Below are positions 1 to 8,949 of a stretch of DNA of 61,428 bases, one piece after another. Position numbers and translations under genes: made by a program. The notes beneath the pieces were generated by a model, which was not told the DNA's origin, did no database searches, and worked only from the letters and a program-made list of their open reading frames with translations. The DNA is taken from assembly GCA_043743715.1 (NCBI GenBank), contig JAYTWK010000039.1, positions 1 to 61,428 of the forward strand, written 5' to 3'. Each line of letters begins with the position of its first letter. Positions within the stretch are counted from its first letter, which is position 1. Source of the DNA: a bacterium. Its GTDB lineage: Bacteria; Patescibacteriota; Minisyncoccia; Phycocordibacterales; UBA6899.

Positions 1-156
1 CTTCCCCAAACCTCAAACTCACTTGAGGGTCACTTTGGACATATTCGCGATATTGTGCGTGTCCATCGTGGCATCTCTGATGCATTACTGCGAAAAGTAC
101 TGTGTGCAATTTTCCTTGCTTCGACGATTGCTCCGAAGAAGAAAAAAGTGGCCTAA
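1..156 (+). CDS. 3'-terminal fragment of a CDS cut by the window edge; the tail TSNSLEGHFGHIRDIVRVHRGISDALLRKVL resembles the C-terminal LEG motif region of ISL3-type DDE transposases
   Basis: Frame 1 is open from nt 1 to TAA 154-156. It is absent from the ORF track because it has no start. A weak hairpin GTGGC/GCCAC plus T-run follows. Confidence 0.3.
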   Translation, partial: LPQTSNSLEGHFGHIRDIVRVHRGISDALLRKVLCAIFLASTIAPKKKKVA

Positions 157-177
157 AAAAGCCACGATTTTTGTATA

Positions 178-630
178 TTATGCCGAAAGTTCTGCTTCGA
201 TGAGCGTCTCTTGGGTGATGAGTAGTGCTTTCACTTGTGAACTGATGCACAGCTTGCCGACGGGAGTGAGATAGCGTATTACGAACGTCATCGTGTTGTG
301 GATGTTCTCACCACGTTGCGACGATTCGAGGGCGGCGAGGATCGCTTCGATGCGTATGCAGCTTCCGACGGGGACTGCGCGCCTGAACGAGACCGTTCGC
401 TCGAGAAGCACAATGCCGGGAAACTCCTTGACGATGAGTTGGTTGGCTAGTGGCGCAATCAGATCTCCGTGAGCTATTACGGTTGCGAACCCAGCGCACT
501 TGGCCGCTGTAATATCGAAGTGGATAGGATTGTGGTCGCCTGTCGCCTGCGCAAAGGCTTCGACCATCGCCTTAGATACTTCCACGACAAATGAGAACTC
601 ACGACCTACAGTAAGTTTGCTTGCATCCAT
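178..630 (-). CDS. MaoC-like hotdog-fold dehydratase / (R)-specific enoyl-CoA hydratase
   Basis: 150-aa ORF with the MaoC signature region FAQATGDHNPIHFD...GFATVIAHG. Confidence 0.8.
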   Translation of the reverse strand: MDASKLTVGREFSFVVEVSKAMVEAFAQATGDHNPIHFDITAAKCAGFATVIAHGDLIAPLANQLIVKEFPGIVLLERTVSFRRAVPVGSCIRIEAILAALESSQRGENIHNTMTFVIRYLTPVGKLCISSQVKALLITQETLIEAELSA

Positions 631-720
631 GATGCCTCCTTGGGGGGTAAAATTTGGGGGTAAATTAAATACAGAACAGGTCTTGTAACCTAGGGCAAAC
701 TATAATATTCTAGTCGAATC

Positions 721-1737
721 ATGTCAAACGACTTATCCGCAAAAATGAATAACGGTTTTTGGGACAAACTTCAGAAGCCATTTTTTGCACTTGCGCCGAT
801 GGCAGATGTGACCGATGCGGCATTCAGGAGACTCATAGCCAAGCACGGCAAGCCAGATGTCATGTGGACCGAATTCGTCGCAGTGGACGGATTGCTCTCA
901 CCTGGGCGCGACATACTACTCAAGGACTTCATCTATACCGAAGCGGAACGCCCCATTGTCGCGCAGATATTTGGCTCAAAACCCGATAATTTTTACAAAG
1001 TTGCACAGTTGGTAGCCGACCTTGGTTTCGACGGCATCGACATCAACATGGGTTGCCCGGATAGGAATGTCGAGAAGCAGGGAGGGGGAGCGGCGATGAT
1101 CAAGACCCCCGAGCTCGCGCTTGATGTCATTCGTGCGACACAGGAAGGGGCCAAGAATAATAAAAAGAAGAACGGTAAGCGTCTCCCTGTCTCAGTGAAG
1201 ACTCGGGTCGGCTACAACAAGATAGAGCTCGATACCTGGCTTCCTATTCTGCTTTCGGCACATCCTGCCGCTATCACCGTTCATGCGCGCACTAGAAAAG
1301 AAATGTCGGACGTCCCGGCGCAGTGGGAATTAGTGAAGACAGCAGTAGAAATGGCAAAAGGCACCGGAACGCTGATTATCGGCAATGGCGACGTGAAAGA
1401 CCTCGAGGATGCCAAGCAAAAGGCTGCCGAGACAGGCGCAGACGGTGTGATGCTCGGCCGCGCCATCTTCGGAAACCCCTGGCGATTTAATCCCAACATG
1501 AAGGTAGAAGACATTCCGCTCCCCGAACGCTTCCGTGTCATGCTCGAACACACAAAACTATTTATGGAACTCTTGGGCGACGTAAAAAGTTTTGCAGTGA
1601 TGAAGAAGCATTACAAAGCATACGTGAACAACTTCGACGGCGCAAAAGAACTGCGCGTCAAGCTGATGGAATCAGGTAGTGTGGAAGAGATAGAGGCATA
1701 TGTAAATGATTTTTTGCAAAGTACTCGCACAAGATAA
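721..1737 (+). CDS. dus: tRNA-dihydrouridine synthase
   Basis: 338 aa. LAPMADVTDAAFRRL, FDGIDINMGCP and VKTRVG motifs are typical of the Dus TIM-barrel flavoenzymes. Confidence 0.9.
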   Translation: MSNDLSAKMNNGFWDKLQKPFFALAPMADVTDAAFRRLIAKHGKPDVMWTEFVAVDGLLSPGRDILLKDFIYTEAERPIVAQIFGSKPDNFYKVAQLVADLGFDGIDINMGCPDRNVEKQGGGAAMIKTPELALDVIRATQEGAKNNKKKNGKRLPVSVKTRVGYNKIELDTWLPILLSAHPAAITVHARTRKEMSDVPAQWELVKTAVEMAKGTGTLIIGNGDVKDLEDAKQKAAETGADGVMLGRAIFGNPWRFNPNMKVEDIPLPERFRVMLEHTKLFMELLGDVKSFAVMKKHYKAYVNNFDGAKELRVKLMESGSVEEIEAYVNDFLQSTRTR

Positions 1738-1809
1738 TGAAGAGCTGCATGTGGATGTTGTGTTCATACTTGATACTCAATACTCAATACTCTATACTGA
1801 TAGGTATCC

Positions 1810-2103
1810 ATGACTGATTTTTTGAAAATGGATATTTTCTTTGCGGTCACGACAGTCGTCGTGTTCTTCGCGGGACTTATGCTCCTCATTGCTCTGTATT
1901 ATGGGATACAGATATTGCGTAGCGTAAATCGTGTGGTAAAGAATGTCGCCGACGAAAGCGACAGTGTGCGCGGTGATGTCGCTGTCTTGCGCGCGAAAGT
2001 GCGCGATGAGGGTATGCGTGTGCAACACCTGATGGATTTTTTCCTCGGGATGAAGGAGAGGAAGATTGTCAGCAAAAAGAAAAGTGCACAGCCCGAAGAG
2101 TGA
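1810..2103 (+). CDS. small membrane-anchored coiled-coil protein, unknown function
   Basis: 97 aa with an N-terminal hydrophobic helix followed by a charged helical region. Confidence 0.5.
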   Translation: MTDFLKMDIFFAVTTVVVFFAGLMLLIALYYGIQILRSVNRVVKNVADESDSVRGDVAVLRAKVRDEGMRVQHLMDFFLGMKERKIVSKKKSAQPEE

Positions 2104-2145
2104 GAAAAGTGTTTTGATTGTGCTTATTAGAACTAATGATTTTAT

Positions 2146-2601
2146 ATGGAGAACACAAGTAAGAAAGTGACAGGTAAGAAGGTTGCGGTTGGAGTAGGAC
2201 TCGGACTCGCGGCGGCAGCTGCCGCAGGTGCTGGATATTTTTTCTTTGGCAGCAAGGAAGCGGCAAAACATCGCGCAAAGGCAGCCGGGTGGTCGCGCAA
2301 ACTTCACTCAGAAGTGCTGCAGAAGGCAAAGAAATTGAAGAAGCTTGACGAGAAGGCTATTCGTACGATTGTTGACGAATCCACTCGCGCATATGAGAAA
2401 GTGAAGTCAATCGATAAGGCTGATCTTCAAGGTGCAGCGAAGGAGCTGAAGGCAAACTGGAAGCATATCAGCGCAGAATTGACTCGTGTTGCAAAGAGCG
2501 GAACCAAAGGAGTGAAAGGCGCAGCAAAGAATGCAGTAACGACTACAAAAAAAGCAGTTGCGAAGGCAGTAAAAAAGCCTGCGAAGAAAAAGAAGGCATA
2601 G
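2146..2601 (+). CDS. YtxH-like membrane-anchored protein with Lys/Ala-rich tail
   Basis: 151 aa with a Gly/Ala-rich TM segment, a helical region and the tail KKAVAKAVKKPAKKKKA. Confidence 0.5.
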   Translation: MENTSKKVTGKKVAVGVGLGLAAAAAAGAGYFFFGSKEAAKHRAKAAGWSRKLHSEVLQKAKKLKKLDEKAIRTIVDESTRAYEKVKSIDKADLQGAAKELKANWKHISAELTRVAKSGTKGVKGAAKNAVTTTKKAVAKAVKKPAKKKKA

Positions 2602-2636
2602 CCAGCTACTCACTTCTGTGTTAGTTTGTGTCTACT

Positions 2637-2936
2637 ATGACAACTCTAAAAACAAAGACAAAAGACGGAGCAAGAACAAGTAGTAACACAGAGGAATTCG
2701 CAGGTTGCAAAGGTGCGTGTGCGTGTGCGCGAGCTGCGGGCCAAGACGCCGCATGTGCAACTCCTACCGAGACCGTGTCTATCGATAAGTTTGGTAAATG
2801 TCCGTGCGGTAAGTCAAAGGAAGACTGCTGTCACAAAGATACAATCGACGAGAATGCCGCGCTTCACGAACTCTGCGAGCCGCACAACGGCAAACACGTT
2901 TGTGATGTCGACTCTGATGTCCAAAAAACCGCTTAA
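2637..2936 (+). CDS. small Cys/His-rich protein, possible metal-binding
   Basis: ATG at 2637; the ORF track starts at GTG 2628. It has 12 Cys in clusters such as CKGACAC, CPCG and CCH. The stop lies in the loop of a terminator hairpin. Confidence 0.5.
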   Translation: MTTLKTKTKDGARTSSNTEEFAGCKGACACARAAGQDAACATPTETVSIDKFGKCPCGKSKEDCCHKDTIDENAALHELCEPHNGKHVCDVDSDVQKTA

Positions 2937-2951
2937 CAATAGCGGTTTTTT
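2923..2951 (+). terminator. intrinsic terminator
   Basis: AAAAAACCGCT-loop-AGCGGTTTTTT, an 11-bp stem including A/T arms, followed by a T-run. Confidence 0.7.
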
Positions 2952-3034
2952 GTTCAGAGTAAAATTTGCTATACTCCATGTATATGTATCTGCATTTGCC
3001 TACTTACTACCTGCTACCTACTATCTACTAATTT

Positions 3035-4084
3035 ATGTCAGAACTCGCACTTTATCGCAGATACCGCCCGGAATCGTTTGCCGATGTACGCGGACAAGAC
3101 GAGATTGTCGGGGTTTTGATGCGCTCGGTCAAAGACGAGAATATCTCGCATGCCTACTTATTCTCAGGCGGTAGGGGGACAGGTAAGACCACTATTGCGC
3201 GTATATTTGCGGCTGAAATTGGCACCAAGCCCTCGGACCTCTACGAGCTCGACGGCGCTTCAAATAGAGGCATTGACGATATTCGTGAATTGCGTGAAGG
3301 AGTTGCGACTATGCCCTTCGAATCCGAGTATAAGGTCTATATCATCGATGAGGTGCACATGCTTACGAAAGAGGCGTTCAATGCGCTTCTCAAGACCCTC
3401 GAAGAGCCTCCCAAGCACGTAGTGTTCATCCTCGCTACCACTGATCGTGAGAAAGTGCCTGAAACGATTATCTCCCGCTGCCAAAGTTTTGTGTTTCGAC
3501 AACCGCAACTCATGGAGCTAAAGGAATTTGCCATCGACGTCGCAAAGAAGGAAAAAGTGAAACTCGACCCTCCGTCAGCAGAAATAGTCGCGATGTTCGG
3601 CGACGGTTCGTACCGCGATACGCTTTCGGTCTTAGAGAAAGTGTTGATAGCAGGAAAGGGAGATACTCTTGATGTCGATCTGGTGGCACGTGTGGTCGGA
3701 GCTCCGACCCATGACCTGGTGAATCGCGTTGTGCGCGCAATAGATGCGGGGGACCCGGCAGACGGACTCAAGGCGGTGCGCGAAGCAGACCGCGACCATA
3801 TCGATATGAAGGTCTACCTCAATATGCTGCTTATGAAACTGCGCGCAGTCTTACTGCTTCGCTATGAACCCGGTTCCGAGGCCGACCTCAAAGATGAATT
3901 TCCGCCAGACGACTTAGAACTCATAAAGGCGCTGGCAAATAGTAAAGATAAGCACATCAACTCAAATGTGCTCTCAGAATTCTTGAAAGCCTACAGTGAA
4001 CTCGGTTATGGAAGCATCCCATCACTCCCGCTTGAACTCGCGCTTATACGACTCGTCGGAGAGAAGGAAGAAACAAAGGCCTAA
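3035..4084 (+). CDS. dnaX: DNA polymerase III subunit gamma/tau (short form)
   Basis: The YRRYRP N-terminus, Walker A GGRGTGKTT, DEVHML and the SRC sensor motif are all present. Confidence 0.9.
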   Translation: MSELALYRRYRPESFADVRGQDEIVGVLMRSVKDENISHAYLFSGGRGTGKTTIARIFAAEIGTKPSDLYELDGASNRGIDDIRELREGVATMPFESEYKVYIIDEVHMLTKEAFNALLKTLEEPPKHVVFILATTDREKVPETIISRCQSFVFRQPQLMELKEFAIDVAKKEKVKLDPPSAEIVAMFGDGSYRDTLSVLEKVLIAGKGDTLDVDLVARVVGAPTHDLVNRVVRAIDAGDPADGLKAVREADRDHIDMKVYLNMLLMKLRAVLLLRYEPGSEADLKDEFPPDDLELIKALANSKDKHINSNVLSEFLKAYSELGYGSIPSLPLELALIRLVGEKEETKA

Positions 4085-5340
4085 TGACTGCTCACCTTAC
4101 TCGTTTGAGTCGGCGACATTTCTTTTGTCCGTACGTGTTCTGGACGAATGCCGATGCCGATGATATAGGCAGGTATAGCACTAAGTAGGGGAAACCACTT
4201 GAGGAGATTGAGCGGAAATCCGATATTAAGTGGTGTGCGGTCTCCCGTATCAGTGAGAATACTTTTCATGATGCGATTCTGAACAAATACCTGAAAGCGC
4301 TGAGTAAGTCTTGCCGGGAATTCGCGCCGCTTCTGCACTTCCTTGAGGTCTCGAAGTGTAACGCCACCGCGCGCAAATGCCGGTACCAATATGTTCGCCG
4401 TCGCCACCGCATCTTGTATAGCGAAGTTGATGCCGACGCCTCCGACCGGGCTCATGGTGTGTGCGGCGTCGCCTATAGCAAGAAATCCGTCGCGTTGCCA
4501 TTCGAAGAGATGCTCGACTGAAACCGACAGCATTTTCACTTTCTCCCAGCTAGCGACTTCTTTTACTCGCTCGCCGAGGAATGGTGCGAGGTGAAGAATA
4601 TTTTGCTGCAACGCTGCTATCCCACGTGCTTTGATATGCGGAAATTCTCCCTTCGCTATCACAAATCCGCACTGCCAGTATTCGGTGCGGTTAATCATCG
4701 GCATCATCAGTCCACGGTCAATTCTTCCGAGAGATTTGTCACCGTCTGTTTCTGTCCGTGAAATACTAAACCAGAGCACATCCATGGGTGCGCCGAGGTC
4801 TTCACTTGTAAGACCGCTCAAGGGTCTCACGGTCGAATGTCTACCATCAGCCGCAATGACGAGGTCTGCGCGGATATCAAACGTACTCGTAGTATCCTTG
4901 GCCTTTATGCCGACAATTTTGTCGTGTTCAATAATGAGGTCGGTCGCCTCAGTTGCCATCAGGAGGTGAAAAGAAGGAAATCGCTTCGCTTCGCCTGATA
5001 TGAAATTCAGGAAATCCCATTGTGGAATGAATGCTATATACGGCTCTCTGAGTTTAAGACGTGAGAAATCAGCAACAATCATTTTTTCCCCACTGATGCT
5101 CGCCTCCATTTGGCGGGTCTTTGCATGCTTGAGGGCGAGGAATTTATCTAGAATTCCTAATTCATACAAATTCTCCATGGTCGACGGATGAATCGTGTCC
5201 CCGCGAAAGTCACGAAAAAAATCAGGCCACTTCTCAAGCACGGTAACGTCGATGCCCGAACGCGCGAGTAAGTATCCAAGCATAATACCCGCAGGTCCAC
5301 CGCCCGAGATGGCAACTTTGGTAGCAAGGTCTTTATCCAT
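4081..5340 (-). CDS. FAD-dependent monooxygenase/oxidoreductase (UbiH-like family)
   Basis: GGGPAG dinucleotide-binding N-terminus and GDAAHTMSPVGGVGINFAIQDA motif. Confidence 0.8.
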   Translation of the reverse strand: MDKDLATKVAISGGGPAGIMLGYLLARSGIDVTVLEKWPDFFRDFRGDTIHPSTMENLYELGILDKFLALKHAKTRQMEASISGEKMIVADFSRLKLREPYIAFIPQWDFLNFISGEAKRFPSFHLLMATEATDLIIEHDKIVGIKAKDTTSTFDIRADLVIAADGRHSTVRPLSGLTSEDLGAPMDVLWFSISRTETDGDKSLGRIDRGLMMPMINRTEYWQCGFVIAKGEFPHIKARGIAALQQNILHLAPFLGERVKEVASWEKVKMLSVSVEHLFEWQRDGFLAIGDAAHTMSPVGGVGINFAIQDAVATANILVPAFARGGVTLRDLKEVQKRREFPARLTQRFQVFVQNRIMKSILTDTGDRTPLNIGFPLNLLKWFPLLSAIPAYIIGIGIRPEHVRTKEMSPTQTSKVSSH

Positions 5341-5426
5341 ATCCCTTTATTATACATTAATTATATATTGTTTTTCGCTCTAAAAAACGCTATGATGCCG
5401 AACATTGCAGGACTAGCTGCAAATAT

Positions 5427-5497
5427 TGGGGGATCGTCTAACGGTAGGACAGTGCCCTTTGAAGGCATTAATTGGGGTTCGATTCCCTGTCCCCCAG
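5427..5497 (+). tRNA. tRNA-Gln (anticodon UUG)
   Basis: Hand-folded cloverleaf with acceptor TGGGGGA/TCCCCCA, anticodon stem GTGCC/GGCAT, loop CTTTGAA and T-loop TTCGATT. No CCA is encoded. Confidence 0.85.
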
Positions 5498-5580
5498 CAA
5501 TCTCGTGCAGTGCTCGAGGCATATGTGTGTCCCGAGCATTTGAGATGAATGCTTAACAAATCTCCAACAGGGGAGATACA

Positions 5581-6195
5581 ATGAAAATTATGAAAAAGGG
5601 AGTTATTTACATCATGACAACGGCAGTTTCCGGACTCATAAAAATCGGACAAACTGGCACTGAGAATTATCAAGAGCGCATGCGTAATTTAGAAGCGAAC
5701 GGCTACTACAACGTGGTCGGTTTGAAGCGCGCGTTTGCAATTGAGCTTGATGATTATCAAGAAAAGGAAAGCTTGCTCCATGAGATTTTTAGTCGTCAGC
5801 GCATCGGCGAAAGCGAATTATTCGCACTCGACATCGAATTGGCAAAACAGTTGTTCTTGTCGTTTGAAGGCAAGGTTACTTTTCCAAAGGAAGTTGATAA
5901 AGATAAGGACTTTGAAGAAGTTGCAAAAAACAGAAGGCAGGGCGCTCTCTTTAGTTTTTATAAAAAAAGTATTAAAGATGGCGATGAAATCGTATTTATT
6001 GCCGATAAGGAAATTGTGGCGAAAGTTGTTGGTGAGCGGGAAGTGGAATATGGTGGACAAATATGGAAGTTGGCTCCACTCACTGCCCACATTTATGAAC
6101 AGAAAGGAGAGTTGAATGAAAGCGGTTCTTACCAAGGGGCAGCCTACTGGTCATATAATGGCAAGCGTCTAAGAGAATTACCTGACAAATACTAA
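5581..6195 (+). CDS. GIY-YIG / T5orf172-type nuclease-domain protein
   Basis: GVIYIMTT...GLIKIGQT...R...E N-terminal module typical of GIY-YIG/T5orf172. The C-terminal half is unassigned. Confidence 0.6.
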   Translation: MKIMKKGVIYIMTTAVSGLIKIGQTGTENYQERMRNLEANGYYNVVGLKRAFAIELDDYQEKESLLHEIFSRQRIGESELFALDIELAKQLFLSFEGKVTFPKEVDKDKDFEEVAKNRRQGALFSFYKKSIKDGDEIVFIADKEIVAKVVGEREVEYGGQIWKLAPLTAHIYEQKGELNESGSYQGAAYWSYNGKRLRELPDKY

Positions 6196-6198
6196 TCA

Positions 6199-6451
6199 GG
6201 CGGTAGTGCCTTTATTTTTTGGGTTCTTCACAGGTTTCTTCATGACAAGCACACAGATGATTACAAGTAGTTAATACTTATAAGCGCGATAACAAGGGGA
6301 ACTGGGGACAAGTCAACATTTCCATCATGTTCATAGTCTAACATTTTCACAAACTGGCTTGCCCACTCCTCATCACCATAAGGCGTCTGTTGTCACGGTT
6401 GAAGACGTGATAGACAATGTCACCGAGTGTGATACGAGGCAGGAGCGGCAT
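6199..6451 (-). pseudogene. decayed IS200/RAYT-like Y1 transposase remnant
   Basis: The minus strand reads MPLLPRITLGDIVYHVFNRDNRRL, then a stop. DEEWASQFVKMLDYEHDGNVDL follows in another frame, then an NHL-containing piece in a third frame. This order mimics PRI..G..YHV..RGNRR / DED...L..L / NH.HL of COG1943 proteins. Confidence 0.35.
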
Positions 6452-6580
6452 AGATTATATCTATCGCATGTAAGTTATCATTTATTTGGACTTATCTCAT
6501 TCTCTCCCTGTTATCTTCATCTAAACTTCATGAGTTTCTGATATCTTCATAATGGAGGCTTTAATACATAATATTTATTC

Positions 6581-6730
6581 ATGCTCTACACTATCGCCGT
6601 TGTTCTTGTTCTTCTTTGGTTGTTCGGAATCGTTACCTCTTACACGCTAGGTGGGTTCATACACCTTCTTCTCGCAGTAGCGGTCATCGTCATACTGTTA
6701 CGTATTATTAAGGGAGAAAGGCCACTATAG
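6581..6730 (+). CDS. 49-aa two-helix membrane protein (lmo0937-like family)
   Basis: MLYTIAVVLVLLWLFGIVTSYTLGGFIHLLLAVAVIVILLRIIKGERPL. It falls below the ORF-track length cutoff and has a paralog at 7014. Confidence 0.6.
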   Translation: MLYTIAVVLVLLWLFGIVTSYTLGGFIHLLLAVAVIVILLRIIKGERPL

Positions 6731-7013
6731 ACTGGTACCAGCAATAAATATACCGTAAACTGAGATTATTATTTATTTAACAAAACATCTTAAAGAAATT
6801 CCATAATATATAGTATCAACGCCCGTAGTGTTAGATGCAATGCATAATACAAACAGAAGAATTGCGTCGAAGTCTGCAGGTGTATGCCCTATGTAAACTC
6901 TCTACACGAAAGATTCTTGATTGTAATGTAATATGACAACTCAAGTCGCGCTATACTAACTACATGAGTAATACTGCTCATAGATATTTATCTCATTAAC
7001 ATAATTATATTAT

Positions 7014-7166
7014 ATGTTGTACACTATCGCAGTCGTTCTCGCTATCTTATGGCTCCTTGGATTTCTCACATCGTATACCCTTGGCGGTTTTATTCATATC
7101 CTTCTCGTGATCGCAGTCATCGCAGTGCTGTTTCGCATCATTCGAGGTGAGGATCCCTTCAAATAA
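7014..7166 (+). CDS. 50-aa two-helix membrane protein, paralog of 6581..6730
   Basis: MLYTIAVVLAILWLLGFLTSYTLGGFIHILLVIAVIAVLFRIIRGEDPFK. Many differences from the first copy are synonymous or conservative. Confidence 0.6.
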   Translation: MLYTIAVVLAILWLLGFLTSYTLGGFIHILLVIAVIAVLFRIIRGEDPFK

Positions 7167-7186
7167 TAAATAATCAAACTATCATT

Positions 7187-7414
7187 ATGTCTACCATCAT
7201 CAATAATCCGACTCCTCAAACCGAGCGGACCGTTGTCACTACCGACTCAGGTAGTTGGGTGATTGTACTCGTCCTGCTAGCTGTCATTGCTGCCGGTGTG
7301 TACTGGTGGATACACCGAGGAGCTCCTGTATCGCAAACGACTCCTACTCCTACGGTGGTGAATGTGAGCATTCCGAGCGGCCAAGTCAGCCCGCCGTCGA
7401 ACACAGCACCATAA
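7187..7414 (+). CDS. small single-pass membrane protein with Pro/Thr-rich tail
   Basis: 75 aa with one clear TM helix WVIVLVLLAVIAAGVYWWI. Confidence 0.45.
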   Translation: MSTIINNPTPQTERTVVTTDSGSWVIVLVLLAVIAAGVYWWIHRGAPVSQTTPTPTVVNVSIPSGQVSPPSNTAP

Positions 7415-7744
7415 GCGTAATAATCAATTTGTTCTGCAAAAACAGGTGTGGTCTTGAAATTTTGGACCGGCACCTGTTTTGCTATGGTAATCAAATGCAA
7501 AATAATAGCTCCGATCATTGTGCCATTATCCTCATTCGCAACGTCAGTAGAGTCTGAAATTGCTTTCGCGCATGTACATTGCACATTGTGCATACAACCG
7601 CTATATGAGGCAAAGACTCAAATATACTGAGATTCGTTCAAGCACGCGTACCTCAGAAGTCTCAAGCATGAGGTTTGTGAGTCTTCACCGTTTCCTCACC
7701 TCGCGATAGTGTACAATAAAGAGATTATTTTTCACAAAAACAAC

Positions 7745-8077
7745 ATGAAGAAATTCATTGGAATTTATATGGCGCCCCCCACGGCGATTGACGCTATGCG
7801 AAAAGCGATGACGCCCGAACTCGATAAAGTTCAGAAGGAAAGCTGGGGGAAGTGGATGGATAAGATAAAGGATTCGACCGTCGACCGCGGAGCGCCGACC
7901 GGAACGAATATGCGTGTGAACAGTAAGGGTATGACACAGGTCCGAAATGAGATCTGCGGCTACACTGTCGTAGAAGCCGAGACACTTGAGGATGCGGCGA
8001 AGTTTTTCACTGATAGTCCCATGCTCGCGATGCCTGAGGCCTATGTCGAGGTTGCGGAGTGTTTGCCCATGAGCTAG
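7745..8077 (+). CDS. hypothetical small soluble protein
   Basis: ATG at 7745 inside the track ORF 7709..8077; alpha/beta-like composition. Confidence 0.45.
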   Translation: MKKFIGIYMAPPTAIDAMRKAMTPELDKVQKESWGKWMDKIKDSTVDRGAPTGTNMRVNSKGMTQVRNEICGYTVVEAETLEDAAKFFTDSPMLAMPEAYVEVAECLPMS

Positions 8078-8109
8078 TTAGGACTAGCAATAACCAACGA
8101 TTCATTTTT

Positions 8110-8427
8110 ATGGCTATGAAATCATGTATCACCTGCGGTATGCCGTTCGTCGGCAATCACGTAAATGATATCGGACTTGAAACTCCTGACGGCCCGGTAT
8201 GCAAATTCGATGCACAAGACGGTAAATTAAAAAGCCCGAAAGAGATATTCGACGGCGGAGTAATCTTTTTTGCTGATGAAGTCACACAGGGAGACAATAA
8301 GCTTGCAGAAAAGTTGACTCGCAAAAATATGAAGTCGCTCATTTATTGGCAGCACCATCCGTTCGCCGAACTTGAAGGTAGAGAAGCAACCGACGAAGAA
8401 TTCGCGGATGCAATGGCAAAACTATAA
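8110..8427 (+). CDS. putative zinc-ribbon domain protein
   Basis: ATG 8110 lies after the upstream stop. The N-terminal CITCGMP...C motif is typical of the putative zinc-ribbon (Zn_ribbon_2-like) family. Confidence 0.5.
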   Translation: MAMKSCITCGMPFVGNHVNDIGLETPDGPVCKFDAQDGKLKSPKEIFDGGVIFFADEVTQGDNKLAEKLTRKNMKSLIYWQHHPFAELEGREATDEEFADAMAKL

Positions 8428-8449
8428 AGACAAAACGTTAATATATACT

Positions 8450-8914
8450 ATGCAAAAAATAGCACCATTTCTCTGGTTTGAAACCGGAGCAAAAGAAGCG
8501 GCAGAATTCTATGTCAACGTATTCGGTCCGGATGCGAAGATCACATCGTCCCAAGTGATGGAGGGGACACCTTCCGGCACCGTCGAGATTATGAGCATCT
8601 CGCTCAAGGGTCAGGAGTTCACACTCATGACTGCCGGACCGTTCCGCAAATTCAATGAAGCGATATCATTTGTCATTACTTGTGATGATCAGCAAGAGGT
8701 TGACCACTACTGGGAAAAACTCTCTGCGGTCAAAGAATCAGAGCAGTGCGGTTGGCTGAAGGATAAGTACGGGGTGTCATGGCAGGTGGTACCGACCGCG
8801 CTCGGCCGCCTGATGGGTGATCCGGACAGGGTGAAGGCAGGACGTGTGCAGGCGGCAATGATGCAGATGAAAAAAATCATCATTGCAGACCTGGAAAAAG
8901 CCTACGCTCTGTAG
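8450..8914 (+). CDS. VOC-superfamily protein (PhnB / 3-demethylubiquinone methyltransferase-like domain)
   Basis: ATG 8450. IAPFLWF...AEEAAEFY-type N-terminus and CGWLKDKYGVSWQV motif. Confidence 0.75.
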   Translation: MQKIAPFLWFETGAKEAAEFYVNVFGPDAKITSSQVMEGTPSGTVEIMSISLKGQEFTLMTAGPFRKFNEAISFVITCDDQQEVDHYWEKLSAVKESEQCGWLKDKYGVSWQVVPTALGRLMGDPDRVKAGRVQAAMMQMKKIIIADLEKAYAL

Positions 8915-8949
8915 CCACAGTAACAGCCAGAGTGTAAATAGCGGAAAAC

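Noticed and set aside
6296-6312. Short inverted similarity to the 3' end of tRNA-Gln (CTTGTCCCCAG vs CTGTCCCCCAG), checked as an att site
   Set aside because: It is imperfect, only about 10 nt long and in inverted rather than direct orientation. This is insufficient for an att duplication.
6359-6541. 60-aa plus-strand ORF in the tRNA-Gln-proximal gap
   Set aside because: It has a non-ATG start and odd composition, and it lies opposite the better-supported Y1-transposase remnant.
7216-7593. 125-aa minus-strand ORF overlapping 7187..7414
   Set aside because: It is antisense to a plausible TM-protein gene and has no recognisable motifs or start context.
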